Of a stretch of 64,000 nucleotides of DNA, positions 39,833 to 53,790 are shown in pieces. Every line of letters begins with the position of its first letter. Within the stretch, counting starts at the first letter, position 1. The notes under the pieces are model-generated. The model saw only the letters and a list, made by a program, of their open reading frames with translations, did no database searches and was not told where the DNA came from. The stretch spans positions 4,774,001 through 4,838,000 of the forward strand of contig NC_043015.1 of NCBI RefSeq assembly GCF_006345805.1. The letters run 5' to 3'. This DNA comes from Octopus sinensis. Its lineage: Eukaryota. Both the position numbers and the translations under genes were made by a program.

Positions 39833-40073
39833 TATATATATTATATATATATATATATATATTAGGCAGCAAATCCAAACTTACAGGGAAAAATTAGATT
39901 TAGGATTAATTTTTAAATTTTAACTTTAATTTAAATGTTTAAAATTTTGAATTTTATATTTTATATTTTTTTTATTAATTAATGTTATTTCTATGTATTT
40001 CCACTGTTGATTTGCCTAATAGTGGGTTTATCTCTAATTTAATGTAATATATATATACACACACACAAATATG

Positions 40074-40202
<129 letters not shown>

Positions 40203-41647
40203 AAATATATATACCTATATACTTACATATATATACATACACACATATATATATAGAGAAGGTGAGAATTAGAGAGATATGTACATGTGTGTCTCTATTG
40301 ATACATGCACTTATTTATGTGTCTGTAATTATGCATCAGTATGCATGCAATTGAGAGCACAATAAGTGATGCATGTGTTGTTGTGTAACGGAAATTCTAA
40401 TTGTAGCGTAATTATATGTGTATTCATATAAGTTTACCTTTATGACTTTTCATGTTTTAACTTGCACATAGATCTATGCAGCCTTTTTTTTTTTTGAGTG
40501 TGTGTTATATAGTATTTGTAGTTCTAAATGCTTGCGCAAGATCATATGCCCAATAATACATATATCATATTTCCATGTATACATATGTGTAAATACGTGT
40601 AATGTGTTATTTCTTTTGACTTTGTATTCGTTTTTATATAATCAGATATACTATATCCGTTATTTATATGGCAGATTGCGCTCCCTATGAATGTGGTATT
40701 GTACATACACACGTGCGTTCCCTTCCTTTTGCAGACTGACATCAGTGAATCCTTCCCCTGTTATTTTAGGCGGGAACTGGTAGCAGATGTGCAGTTAACT
40801 AGAAGAGTAGAGGTCACAGAATTATAGAAAATAGTAAAAGTGATCCATATTTAGGGAAATTCTGCACTTTGAATATTATGTAATATTATGTAATATTTGA
40901 ATATTATGTTGCATATAATACATATATGTGTGTGACAAACTGAGAATGTCAGAAAGAGTATGGAACCACCAAATTGGAAGTAATTCATCACTGTTAATTG
41001 TACTAGTTTGGTTGACGTCTGAAGATCTACAAACAAATTAGGGTAGTCTGTAAGAAATGAGGGACTCGGTAAGCAGTTTGACGCCTGAGAGGGAAGGCAT
41101 CGTAATGGAAGTTACAATACATCATTATTACAGTTGAGAGTGTGCGTTTGAGCTAAATAAGCATGCTCATGACTATATCCTTGTGTCTAAATTTCCACAA
41201 ACGATTGAGAAAATGTTGAACTCATAACATTTTATGATAGACATCTTGCATACTAGAAACCTTGGATCTAATCATTCACTAAAGTCTAGTCTTTCCTTCT
41301 GATGATAATAGAATAATTTAGAATTTTCAATTGTTTACTGGAAACGAACTTATATAAGGATTATTGATAGCAGTTGCTACATGACTTTATAAAATAAAGT
41401 AAAAATTTCTAGATTGTACTATACCTTCCATATTCGATCGTTATATTAATTTCTGTTTGTTCTGGAGGATGTAATTTTCACATCTTTTGTCAGTACAATG
41501 GTGTATATTTCCCGCTGAAAATTCCAATGAATTTATGACATATTTTGCCAATAAAACAACACACCTGCGCACTTCGAAGCCACGTACATTTTACATACTT
41601 CTGGTTGAGTTGATTGAGAATTTGCCAGCTGGAAATATTGAAGTGCA

Positions 41648-41689
<42 letters not shown>

Positions 41690-41784
41690 CTCTGTTTTCA
41701 GACGTGTTACGGAATGGCATCAAAGTATATATCCCTTCTGTGTGCAGATCAGTGTATGTATTTATGTAGTATATGTCTGAATGC

Positions 41785-41865
<81 letters not shown>

Positions 41866-42016
41866 ATATATATGTATATGTATGTATGCAGAATGTTTCA
41901 TGGGCTGGTCTGGTACTTGCCAGTTATGAGATAGAGGTACATAAGTGCTTTCGCTTTTTCAATATGTTCATGTCTTGCTAATTATTAACGATTAATTCTA
42001 CTAAGTATCCTCTACT

Positions 42017-42313
42017 TGGAGGCGCAATGGCCCAGTGGTTAGGGCAGTCGGTGGATCGTGGTTTCGATTCTCAGACCAAGAGTCGTGTGTGCTTATTGAG
42101 CGAAATCACATAAAAGCTCCAAGAGGCTCCGGCAGGTGGGGGGAGCGGCAACCCCTGTTGTACTCCTTCGCCGAACTTTCTCTCTCTTGTTCCTCTTGTT
42201 TCTTGAGTAACGCTGCGATGGACTGTCGTTCCAGCTGGAGGAAACAAATACGCTATAGAAACCGGAAAACCGGGCCATGAGACTGGCTGGGCTTGAAAAG
42301 GGCGCATAAAAAA
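42017..42313 (+). mobile_element. tRNA-derived SINE (group B head, tail type 3) with 10-bp TSD
   Basis: ggaggcgcaatggcccagtggttagggcag...gtttcgattc. TSD tatcctctac at 42006-42015 and 42314-42323. Confidence 0.9.
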
Positions 42314-42774
42314 TATCCTCTACATTACGTGAATAATTTGAATTTAGTAAATATTTCTTCGGTTCCATATATTATACATATTATCACCGTCTCTAAGAAA
42401 TGTGGTTTTAATAAAGTTACATTATTTTGGGAATAATCGTATATCATTCAAATAAACTGCTTAATCCTTGGGTGATATTTAGCTCGTAACACTTTCCTTA
42501 ACCGTGTAACATGAAGGAATAATGTTTACAGTTGTCAATGCCGTGATAAACATAAATGTACTTAATTTTCTGTGCATGATGCAAATGAAGATATGAAGTT
42601 ACAAAGAGTGGGCCTAGCACCTCTTAAATTTCACAGAATTGAACTTTAATTCATATGAATGTGTTATTCTCAATATTTATTTTTTAAAGACCAACTAATA
42701 TTTTTATACACCTCAAAGTAGGAATATTAGCACAGACAAAAACCCATTCGTACATGCATTGACAACACAGCCAT

Positions 42775-42814
<40 letters not shown>

Positions 42815-43110
42815 GTATATATGTATATATATGTGTATGTATATAAACACATGTTTATGCATGTGCATACGTGTGTGTGTATTTGGGAGTGGGTGCGTGT
42901 GTGTATGTGTGTGTGTGTTTGTGTTTGTGTAAACATGGTTAAGTGAAAAGTTATTTTCTGATAATCACTAATGACTTTTGGCAACTCGTATCCCTTCGTT
43001 TATACATGGATAAAGGCTGTTGTTCAGTCATTACTGAATTGCTTATCATTTATGTTCATATAAAGAACATAAAATTTATTTGCTTATTCTTCATTGTTCA
43101 GCTCAGATAA

Positions 43111-43820
43111 TGAGCGGTGTAAAATTGCAATTAGATCCAGATTACGCTAAGTTTGTAAAGAATGACTGAAATGTAAGTACAGCAGCAGAAGAGATTCATG
43201 ATGTGAGAGACACTGTCAAAGAATATAAGAGGCAAAATTGCTTGAGTTGTTTCTTGGAAGTTGACACCGTCCTCGAACAACAAAACAATATTAGGGTGAT
43301 CTGTTGTGGAAGATTAGGCTTTGCTTGTAATAAAAGAAAAAATAGGCAAGGCCAATATAAGTTCTTGATATATTTGATGGACACTTTAGAGAGCTTTGCA
43401 CGTTGAGTTTGTCCCAGAGGTTCATGGTGTGAGGCAAACTTTTATGTTCAATATCTACAGCAATTATGCACTGCTTTGAATGACCATAACTCGATATTGT
43501 TCAATCAAAAATGTGCATTCATCAATGCACCATTACACACTGACAGTGTGAGCAAGCGTAAACATAAAGAACTTGATGCGCTCAAAATCCTGTCTCATCC
43601 TGTTTACATTCCAGACCTTGCCCCATCAGATTACCCTATTTTCAGAACCGTGACTCATTTCCTACACGGACGGAGGCTCAACAATATGGATGATGTCGAA
43701 AACGTGTGCAGAGAATTTTGTGCTCTAAACCCGCTAAATGATATAAGCGTGGACTTCAACTTCTGGCAAAGCGATGGTAAGAACAAATAGAATATTTTAA
43801 GATGTATTTTGATGAATACA
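43111..43820 (+). mobile_element. Degenerate mariner (DD34D-type) transposase
   Basis: ORF 43476-43790 has HPVYIPDLAPSDYPIF (the mariner YSPDLAPSD signature), preceded by INAPLH. The upstream sequence is broken by stops. Confidence 0.85.
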
Positions 43821-45850
43821 CACATTTTCTATGTAATTTATTTGAAATATTTTACTTTTTTAAAAACAAAAAATGCTTTTGACTCTTCCTCATACTTACA
43901 CGTATAACGAACGGGTCTATGAGTAATCAACACCTCATGTGATGAATAATTTATCTTAATATAATGTTTCAGTAGTTATTGGTGGTGAGTGTAATGCATC
44001 AATTAAGAAGCTGTTGTTTGCATGCGGTTGTATCTTGTAGTTTATATAGTGAAGAATGTAAACGTATCGTCAGGTTATATCGATTATCATTTACATTCCT
44101 TTGTTGATGTGTACATAAGTTTCCAACAACTATCGTTGCAAGTTTTAGTGTACATTCATTTTGTATGATGAAGAAACCTAGAAGGTGCAAAGTGTAAAGT
44201 GCAAAACAACATAAATTTTAAATGAAAATTGTAAAACGAAAGTAAAACGTATAGAGACATACATTTTACTTATAGGATGTCTATGCTTAGCGAGCATGGA
44301 TAAAGCGATGAATCGGATGTTAGTGCTATCATTTCCAAATGATTGTATTCTAATTTGCGATGTATTTCCCGAGTCATTAACAGTTTGAATAGTCCAATTA
44401 TAATTATAGTAACAGTTGTTGGTATCTTAAGTTGTGGAACTGAGTATTTGCAGCCAAATATTTGTGATATACACCATTCTTGCCATGATTTTGTGAGCTT
44501 GAATAAATGATTATGCATCATATAACCTCAGGGGGAATACCAAATAGCAATTGTAATCCTACGCACACATATTTAATATTTAATGATTTATATGTTATAT
44601 TTTATAAAGTACATACAAGTGCATGAAATATGTGTTTGCCACCGAAATGTCAGCATACAGACACAATGGAAATAGTTAGTAATGTTGACCCGTTTATCTA
44701 AGCCTTCATGGCATCCGTTATTATTTGACATATCGTTATAGGTTACGTTTGCGTTCAGTTACACAGACATGTCTGAACAGCCAGTAGCAAAATATTACAT
44801 TTGCATATGATGATATAGATATGGATTAGATTTATTGTTATATTTTTTTTCTATGATTATAGTATAAAATCTAAGTAACGGGATATATTGTAGTTCGTAT
44901 ATACATAAGTGTGAAGAATTGCTTACGCATGTATATACAATTTCCTTTGATATGTGTTAAAATGTAGTCATGTATGAAAATATTATAAATATCACAACGT
45001 TTCTTTGTAATTTTGTCACATCAATTAAATAGTAAAGAAGAAAATCTGCGAAATGATACGTTTATTTGGAAGGAAGAATAGACACTGTTGCTGAAAATGA
45101 GCTTGAAAAGGGACTAATATTAATTAGCCACTTTTAATTCATTTAGATTCTTGTAATTGAGATAGATTGAGCAGCTTAAAGGAAAATCGCACTTAAACTC
45201 TGCAGGAGATGTGAAAGAAGAAAAGAAAGTTGTGATGTCCCACGATTTATCAACATTGTATTGGCATCACAATGTATACTGTATCTAACGTAACCTGCTG
45301 AAACTGCTGATGTTTAGACCGGGCTATTACTTGCTAAAACAAAATTTTAATTTGTTGCCAAGATAATTATCTCAATCTCTTGTCATTACAAATAGAGATT
45401 CCAAATGACTTCCACGCCCCAAACACAAATATTAGAATTATAGGCAGATTTAATTTACGTTCTCTTCATCGAATGTTACTTAAAATAATAGTTATATTAG
45501 CGATCTGCTATCAATATATTTAAGCGTTGTGCATTCCGAAAAGGGATTTCCAGCAACAAATGCCAGAAGTGTTCATTTTGGGATTATAAATATAATGGCC
45601 TGTGTAGTTTAAGCCTACAACAAAACAAATAATAAAGCTCATAGCAAATGTTGTACGCTTAATGTTCAGTGTTTTGTAATTTATTTAATTTTCCTTTGAG
45701 TGACATTCTACATTTCATATCTTCTCTCTAAATTTTAGAAATAAGAATATAGCCGAATTACAAAAAGCGTTCTACACTTGGCGATCAATACAAACGAACA
45801 CAAACACACACACACACGAACACACATGCACACGCATATAGGTATATATA

Positions 45851-45935
<85 letters not shown>

Positions 45936-45975
45936 ATATATGTATATGCATATATAAATAAATATATATATATAT

Positions 45976-46027
<52 letters not shown>

Positions 46028-46041
46028 TGTATACATGTGTA

Positions 46042-46091
<50 letters not shown>

Positions 46092-46499
46092 TACATATAA
46101 ACATATATTATATGTGTGCGTGTGCGCGTGTGACGTTGTGTATTCGTAAAAGAGATAAGAACAAAATATTGCATTATTCCGAAGCAAATATGAGTAATAC
46201 TAAATGAATGATACAGTATACGATAAGAGCGAATTCATCAGAATTAAATACGATAACATTGTTCAAGTAAAAATCAAATTAAATAACTTAGTTGTTATTG
46301 CTGACCCTTGAATATAATTTCCTAAGATGCTTAAATACAATAGACCATACCCTCTCACAATCACCCAAATCAATAAGCCCACACATTGAATCGCCAAAAG
46401 ACTAGGAATCTTGATGGTTAAATGCATGCGAGTCGGATATGTCCTACGCTTATCTGAAATATTTCAAGCTATTCTATTTGTAGTCATTCATATTTCTTT

Positions 46500-46504
46500 C
46501 ACTG

Positions 46505-46535
<31 letters not shown>

Positions 46536-46536
46536 T

Positions 46537-46572
<36 letters not shown>

Positions 46573-46903
46573 CACCACTACTACTACTGCTGCTACTACT
46601 ACTACTAATATTACTACTACTACTGCTGCTACTAATGCTACTACTACTAATACTACTACTACAACTACCACTGCTACTGCTACTATTACTACTACTACTA
46701 TGAAAACTACTACTGCTGCTACTAATGCTACTACTACTAATACTACTACTACAAATATCACTGCTACTGCTACTATTACTACTACTACTATTAAAACTAC
46801 TACTACTACAACTAATACTACTACTGCTACTACTACTGCTGTTGCTGCTACTAAAACTACTACTACTGTTACAACTACCACTGTTGCTGCTGCTGCTAGT
46901 AAA

Positions 46904-46935
<32 letters not shown>
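46500..46935. repeat. (ACT/GCT)n microsatellite with ~90-bp higher-order duplication
   Basis: Directly visible. The block actactgctgctactaatgctactactactaatactactactacaa recurs at ~46619 and ~46709. Confidence 0.9.
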
Positions 46936-46936
<1 letters not shown>

Positions 46937-47674
46937 CTTGGCATTCAAATTTGAGGATGTTTCGGTAGTATGTACAATGCTTTCGTTAATTATTTTAAGG
47001 TAATTGTTTCCTTACAATTCAAAGCCTCACTCTTCCTCTCGTTCTCTCGCCGCCATCTTTCCTCCCTCTCTGGGTCTCAGCCTTTTCAGGCTTGATCTGA
47101 AAATGCCGTAAGATCGCTGAAAGTTGTGCAGTTTGTACCAGAAGTCATCTGGAAATCATTATACTAGTGCAGACTGTAGTAACATGATATTTTATACTTC
47201 GCTTTTTATACAGCGCTGCACTGTTTCAAAGACGTGAATATAAACCAAAATATACGCATACAGCATGCTTACGCGTGTATCTTAAACAGAAATATAGTAT
47301 GAGCAGAATAGATGAAATATAGGCGATTTGGCGTATCTCTGAATCGAAGAGATACATGATGTCTCTCGCATGCTAGTATTGCGTGGACATTTTGTTTTAT
47401 AAGAATTTAAATGTGTTAGAATTAAGAAGTGACAATTATCACATGTATTAAATTGAAGATTTGACTATCCACAGAAATGTTGAGGGTAGCGCAAAATCAT
47501 GAGAACGTAACACAAAGGTATGGAACAAGGAGAATTCTGTTCCCAATGTCCATTGTCTACATGGGACTTTTTCATCAGAGCGGTGTGTTGAGACAAGAGT
47601 AAATGAGAGAGGTGAGAAGTGAGAAACAGAAACTCACAAACAACCTGATGGTAAATGCATGGGTTTAAATATTA

Positions 47675-48123
47675 TTTTCTACTCCAGGCACAAAGCACGA
47701 AATTTTTGTGAAGGATGTCAGTCGATTAGATCGGCCTCCAGTACGCAACATGTACTTAATTTATCGACCCCGCAAGGATGAAAGGCAAAGTCAACCTCGG
47801 CGGAATTTGAACACAGAAGTAAAGTTCTAAACGTAAAGAACGTAAAGGCGAAATACTGGTAAGCATTGTGTCCGGCGTGCTAACGTCTCTTATTTCTTTA
47901 TTGTCTACAAGGGGCTAAATATAGAGGGGACAGACAAAGATAGACAAAGGGATTAAGTCGATTACATCGAAACCAGTGCGTAACTGGTACTTAATTTATC
48001 GACCCCGAAAAGATGAAAGGCAAAGACAACCTCGGCGGAATTTGAACTCATAACCTAAAAGACAGACGAAATACTGCTAAGCATTTCGCTCGGCGTGCTA
48101 ACATTTCTGCCAGTTCGCCGCCT
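47675..48123 (-). mobile_element. Head-to-tail dimer of group C SINEs with two different tails
   Basis: Two units sharing tttatcgacccc..aag.atgaaaggcaaag..aacctcggcggaatttgaac. The head ends at ctgccagttcgccgcc. Confidence 0.85.
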
Positions 48124-49062
48124 CCTTAGGTGTAATCATTAAAATAGCAAAGAAAGTTTACTGTATATGTACAGTATATCAGATGACTGAACATATTGAA
48201 TTAGTAAATCAACGAGTTGTATAAGCATTTTTCGGCTTAGATTTTCTTGTTGAGAAATGAAACCTGCTTGCCGAATAAATTCCCCATTTCATATCCCAAT
48301 AAAATTTCGTAAAGAAAAAAAAATATTCAGTGATGTATGTCGAACCTTCGCATAATAATCATACAGCAAACGGACATTTAAAGACAGAAAAAAAATAAGC
48401 ATAGTATATTCAAGAATACAAGCCCTCTAGGAAACGATATTGTTAACGTGAACATTATTTGTTATTCAACAATTCTATTTACCGCTGTTGTCTGCTCAAA
48501 TGGAATAAAGAATCTCGAAAAACTTTTAATATCCTACTTGTTATTCTCTTTTGTCATTTTCTTTGATATCTTAAGGCAAACATTATTCTGATTCCAGATG
48601 TTTCCGATAGTCTTTCTGCTCTACTTGTCAAATATTATGATCCTATAATAAGCCTTCACAACTTTTCTCCACACATAAAGTTTATATTCATACATCCATA
48701 TTATTTGCTCCGTATTTTATGCTATTGATAAATTTTGTTGTAGTACATCATCCACAAAGAACAAGTCTATCAACGATTTCTAAGTGGACCATATTCTAGA
48801 ATCGTGTATGTTATATTATATTCCTTTCTTTTTAGAATTATTCAAATGTTATTCCTAATCATCAATGGACTTGTCTAAACACATCTAGATGGTATAGTTA
48901 TGGCCATTATCACACGTCTCAGTATCGTGATAAATTTTATCAACGGCAATTTCATGATCATCAACCCATTCATAATCAATGTTGGGTATAGAATTACATC
49001 TATAAGTATACCACTGGTACACCATTATCACCAACCACCACCAACAAGAACAACAACAAATT

Positions 49063-49097
<35 letters not shown>

Positions 49098-49189
49098 ATA
49101 ATAATAATAATAATAATATTAATAATAATAATATTAATAATAATAATAGTTCATAGTAATAAGAACTAGAACTAATAATGATAATAATC

Positions 49190-50813
49190 AGCCAACCCTT
49201 ATATATGGATGATCTAAAACTGTACGCTATAAAGCATGAACAGCTGGAAAAATTTCAACAGGCACTGTATTGATTTACCAAAGAAATAAACATGAAATTC
49301 GGCTTAGAAAAATGTGCCAAAGTAACCTTGAAAAGAGGAAAACTATTTAAGAGCAGCAAAATCACACTAGATAATGTAAATGAAACAAAAGTATTAGACA
49401 GAATGTAGACATGCAAATACTTAGGAATGAATGAACTAGATACGATACAACACACAGACATACACACACACTCACACAGATGAAAAAAATAAGAAAAGAA
49501 TGCTATAGACGAGTAAGTTTAATTCTGAAAAGAGAGTTGGATGCGAAAAACAAGATAATAGGAATCAACACTCTAGCAGTGCCAGTTATAAGTTACAGCT
49601 ATAAAATTCTTAACTAGATTATGAGGGCACCGCCCAAATTCTAACATAGAGAGATTATATATAAACCGTATGGAAGGTGATAGAAACCTTCAATATCTGG
49701 TAATAGAAGACTATTACAAAATAACTATCATGGAAGTACATAAATATCGTTAAAATTTTCGAGTAACTCCCGCACGATTTTCACTAAGAAAAAAAAATAC
49801 CTACTTCACAAGCAAAGAAAACTAATACGTATTGCCACAAAATACAAACAAAAAAATACAGTTTTTAATTTTTAAGGAAGGTGATACATAGGAATAAAAT
49901 GTCATAGTACCTAAAAAGAAAATGAATAAACAACGAAAGCTGCAAAATAACAAAAATCCAAACTAAAACTGGAACAGCAACAGATCATGTTAAAGCGAAA
50001 TCCCTTCATGGCAAGTAGTGGGTTACACCAAACAAAAGAAATACACAAGCAAAATCCCAACACTGGCAGAGAGCTTCAGCACTCTAAGCAAAGACTGAAG
50101 GATGTCTAATTGCAGGACAAGATGAAAGCATTTCTCACCAGAAATATGTAATGAAAAGTAATACCAGTAACAGTAGAATATGTGGTGATGGAGAAAAGAA
50201 AATCATATTAACTCTGGTTGTCCAGTTCTTGTTAAGAAATATATATTCACAGACAAGGCAGTTCGGAGCTATATACATAGGAAGGTATGCCAACATTATG
50301 AGATAGCAAGAGAAAAAGGGGAGTATAGGCACGATCCAGAATAGGTCACAGAAAATGAGAAAGCAATCATATTCTGAGATATGCTAATAGAGTCAGATAG
50401 AGATATTAAAGCCAATAGGCCAGATATAGTTGCCAGAGATCACCAAGAAAAAGCTTTCTACTCGATGTATGAATACCAATAGATGAGAATGTTCTCTAAA
50501 AGGAACAGAGAAACTTTCAAAATACCAAGATGTGGAAATAGAGCTAACTAGAAAGTGGATTCTAAAAGCAGAAACAAATCCTATCATAGTAGGCACATTA
50601 GGGATGATCAAAAACATATTCAAAAGAATACATAAAAAACAACAGGGCTAAAGGTATATATAGCATACGGAAAACAGCACTACAAGCCACCAAGTAAAAC
50701 AGCTTCAATACAATAAATATAAGAGCATTACAAACCACAGCACGTTCCTAATGCACAGGGAGCTAAGCTCGGTAGTACACTGAAAGCACGTGAGAAAAAT
50801 AAGAATGGCGAAT
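49190..50813 (+). mobile_element. R4/Dong-clade retrotransposon remnant (RT C-terminal half to endonuclease and 3' UTR)
   Basis: YMDDLKLYA...INMKFGLEKCAK (RT), ANRPDIV (endonuclease), 3' UTR cggtagtacactgaaagcacg. Many stops and frameshifts. Both flanks are (TAA)n. Confidence 0.88.
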
Positions 50814-50840
50814 GATAATAATAATAACAACAACAACAAC

Positions 50841-50896
<56 letters not shown>

Positions 50897-51739
50897 GATA
50901 ATAGGGGCTGGACATTTTCTTCGCTGCTCTAACCCGTAGGCAGTGGAAGACACAGAAACACTAACACAACCCAGCAGGACAACTGAAAAATAACTCTCAA
51001 AGACTGGAATATCTGCAGTTTCATGTGAGTATTTTGAATTTCTCCCAAATTATGTTAAAAATCTTACATATCTACAGATTCCGAACGCATAAACGGCAGC
51101 TTTAAAAACTTTAATAACTACTACTTCAGTTAATACCTATCCTTTCCTTTCTACCTGAGTATTCGAAGATCTAAACATCCTCTTTATTCTAAGAACCCAA
51201 GAGTTATCTCTGTTCGGAGAGACAAAAGATCATCTCCAGTAAAATTTATAACCTTAATATCTACAATGTTTCTGTGAAAATTTTACCTCACTTTTCTTTC
51301 CTTTCGTTTCACCCTCCGTATTCGAAAATTTAAACATCCTTTTTATTGTAGAAACACTGCAGTCTTCTATGAACGGACATACAAACGAACATCGTATATT
51401 TCACGCTGCCCCGTTCATGTACGAAATGTACGGGTGCATGTGGGAATTATATAAACATTATATTTATGTGTATGTGTGTAGAAATGTGACTGCATATACG
51501 ATTAATATTTGTTCTCAAATTTTTCTGTAGCAACATAGCATTCTCGCACATTGCTTCAATTCTTGTACAGGTAAATCACATCTCAGTGTGTTGTTTACCT
51601 CGTCACACACTTGTCCGTCTATGCCTTACAGAAACTATGCTTCATATATGATATGATTTGCATTAAGAAACAATTTCCTTTCATAACTTTGCTGTTTCTT
51701 AAATCATGTTTCTTCTCTTTCTTAAATTATTACAATAGA

Positions 51740-51828
51740 TGTTGTTGTTGCTGTTGTTGTTGTTGTTCTTCTTCTTCTTCTTATCATTAATATTATCATT
51801 ATTATTATCATCACCATCATCACTATTA

Positions 51829-51919
<91 letters not shown>

Positions 51920-51922
51920 CAT
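51740..51922. repeat. (TTG)(TTC)(ATT)n compound microsatellite
   Basis: Directly visible. Confidence 0.95.
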
Positions 51923-52115
51923 TTCTACTACTGATACAACGCTGTAGTAGAAATGACAGAATCGTTGATTTCATCGAGCCAAGTTCTTAAATGCTCCTTA
52001 CTTTCTCGACCCCGAATGGATAAAATGCGACTTGAAGTCAGTCATTCTGCAAACATTTGAAACTAGGATACGTATAAAAATTCCTCTATTTTATACTACC
52101 ATTCAAATTATATAT

Positions 52116-52151
<36 letters not shown>

Positions 52152-52155
52152 ACAC

Positions 52156-52236
<81 letters not shown>

Positions 52237-52846
52237 GAGAGACAGAGAGAGAGAGAGAGAGATACATCTATATGCATATATCGAATATATACATACATTA
52301 AATAAATGGGGTTAAAATGAATATTTTTAAAAAAAGAACTACGTAAAGCAAATTCAGAAATGTGGCCTAAGCGTTCAGAGGTGAGATCAAATTACTTGTA
52401 CTTAGTCAGAATATTGCACATCATAGTTTCTTTCAATTGGTATAGATGTATGGCAGTCCTCGACATGTTCTACCAACAGCGTGTGCTTCAGCTGTTTGTG
52501 CTTTCTAAATACTTGTGAATATTTCGTGAATAAAATACTTACATCAGGATTTCTTGAAAACACTTTCATATATTTGCATTCAAGATTCAGATTGCAGGAA
52601 AGTTGTATAATAGCTCTGAAAGCGTGGCGAAGATTACATTAAATGTAGTACTTATTTTAAACTAGATATTTCCAGGAATTCATCGGGAACAACATGGAAG
52701 TAGAATATAGCATGTACTGGCATCGGTGTAAAAGATAAAAATAGCACGAAATGTCGTGACTCAGTTGCCACTCGACTCTCATACACACATATAAACCCCA
52801 CATATACCTCTATATCTGTATCTCTCTATCTCCATCTCTCTCTACA

Positions 52847-52887
<41 letters not shown>

Positions 52888-52922
52888 ATATATATATATA
52901 TAATATATATATAATATATATA

Positions 52923-52957
<35 letters not shown>

Positions 52958-53099
52958 CTTATATGCAGACACACAACTGAATGTAAGTATGCATCAAGTG
53001 TGTATGTCTATATGTACTTCAGAAACGACAGGAACATTTAGTAATAACTGTAGCCAATAAATTTGAAATGCGTAAAAGAGAAGGAGCGGCAGAGATGCA

Positions 53100-53790
53100 T
53101 TTAGAAATATCATGCTACTTGTAAAAATAGCATTGCAAATCTGTGGAATAAGAAAAAAGCTAAAATGTATCAAACTGAATTCAAGTAATGAGAATGCAGA
53201 AAATTCAGAAGTCATTAAAAGAAATAGAAATCTAAGAAAACAGTGGAGAGAGGGAAAATGAAATGGTTAGAGAAGATTCTAGTGAGCGAAAGATGCCCAA
53301 ACGAAATCGAAGGATAATGTTAGGAATGAGAAAAATAAATGCTGATGTTGACATAACACAGTTTAGAACTGCGATGTAAAAGATAGGTCCAAGCTTTTAT
53401 CAGTAAAGAATCAAAATGGTAAATGAAATGTCAATCATAAAAGAGGAATTGCCACTTATTCTCAAGAAGACAACATTAAGGGTATTAAGAAAAATTAAAA
53501 GTAAGAATGCTGAAGGAAACGATGAGATCATATCTGACTTAGTAAAACAAAAAGAAAGCAGTAAAATAGCAAAAATGTTTAATAGGATTCTAGCAGTAAG
53601 AGCAATAGTTGATTTATGGAAACGTCTTATAATCATAATATATTGCAAACGAGGATATTCGTAAGAAGGAGCTGACAGAAAATAAAGGAAGGACGCTAGC
53701 AAAAATATATGACGTTACAAAATACTGCAGTTTTTCTCGAAAAAAAATGAGAATCGAGAGAAAGATGGGAAAAATATTTATCGTACGAAA
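53100..53790 (+). mobile_element. Old RTE-like LINE fragment (RT N-terminal region)
   Basis: ORF 53416-53664 VLRKIKSKNAEGNDEIISDLVK...KMFNRIL....DLWK.LIIIIYCKRG fits the non-LTR RT pattern KAPG.D.I..EL.K...LFN.I....W...I..I.KKG. Confidence 0.65.

Noticed and set aside
40735-40827. Possible exon after a strong pyrimidine tract and cag
   Set aside because: The short open frame has no recognisable protein motif and no good donor site.
46700-46954. Thr-rich mucin-like ORF
   Set aside because: It lies wholly inside an (ACT)n microsatellite open in several frames, with no signal peptide or supported splice sites.
50940-51024. Plus-strand exon (AG...GTGAGT)
   Set aside because: All three frames contain stops and the polypyrimidine tract is weak. 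It cannot be supported without transcripts.
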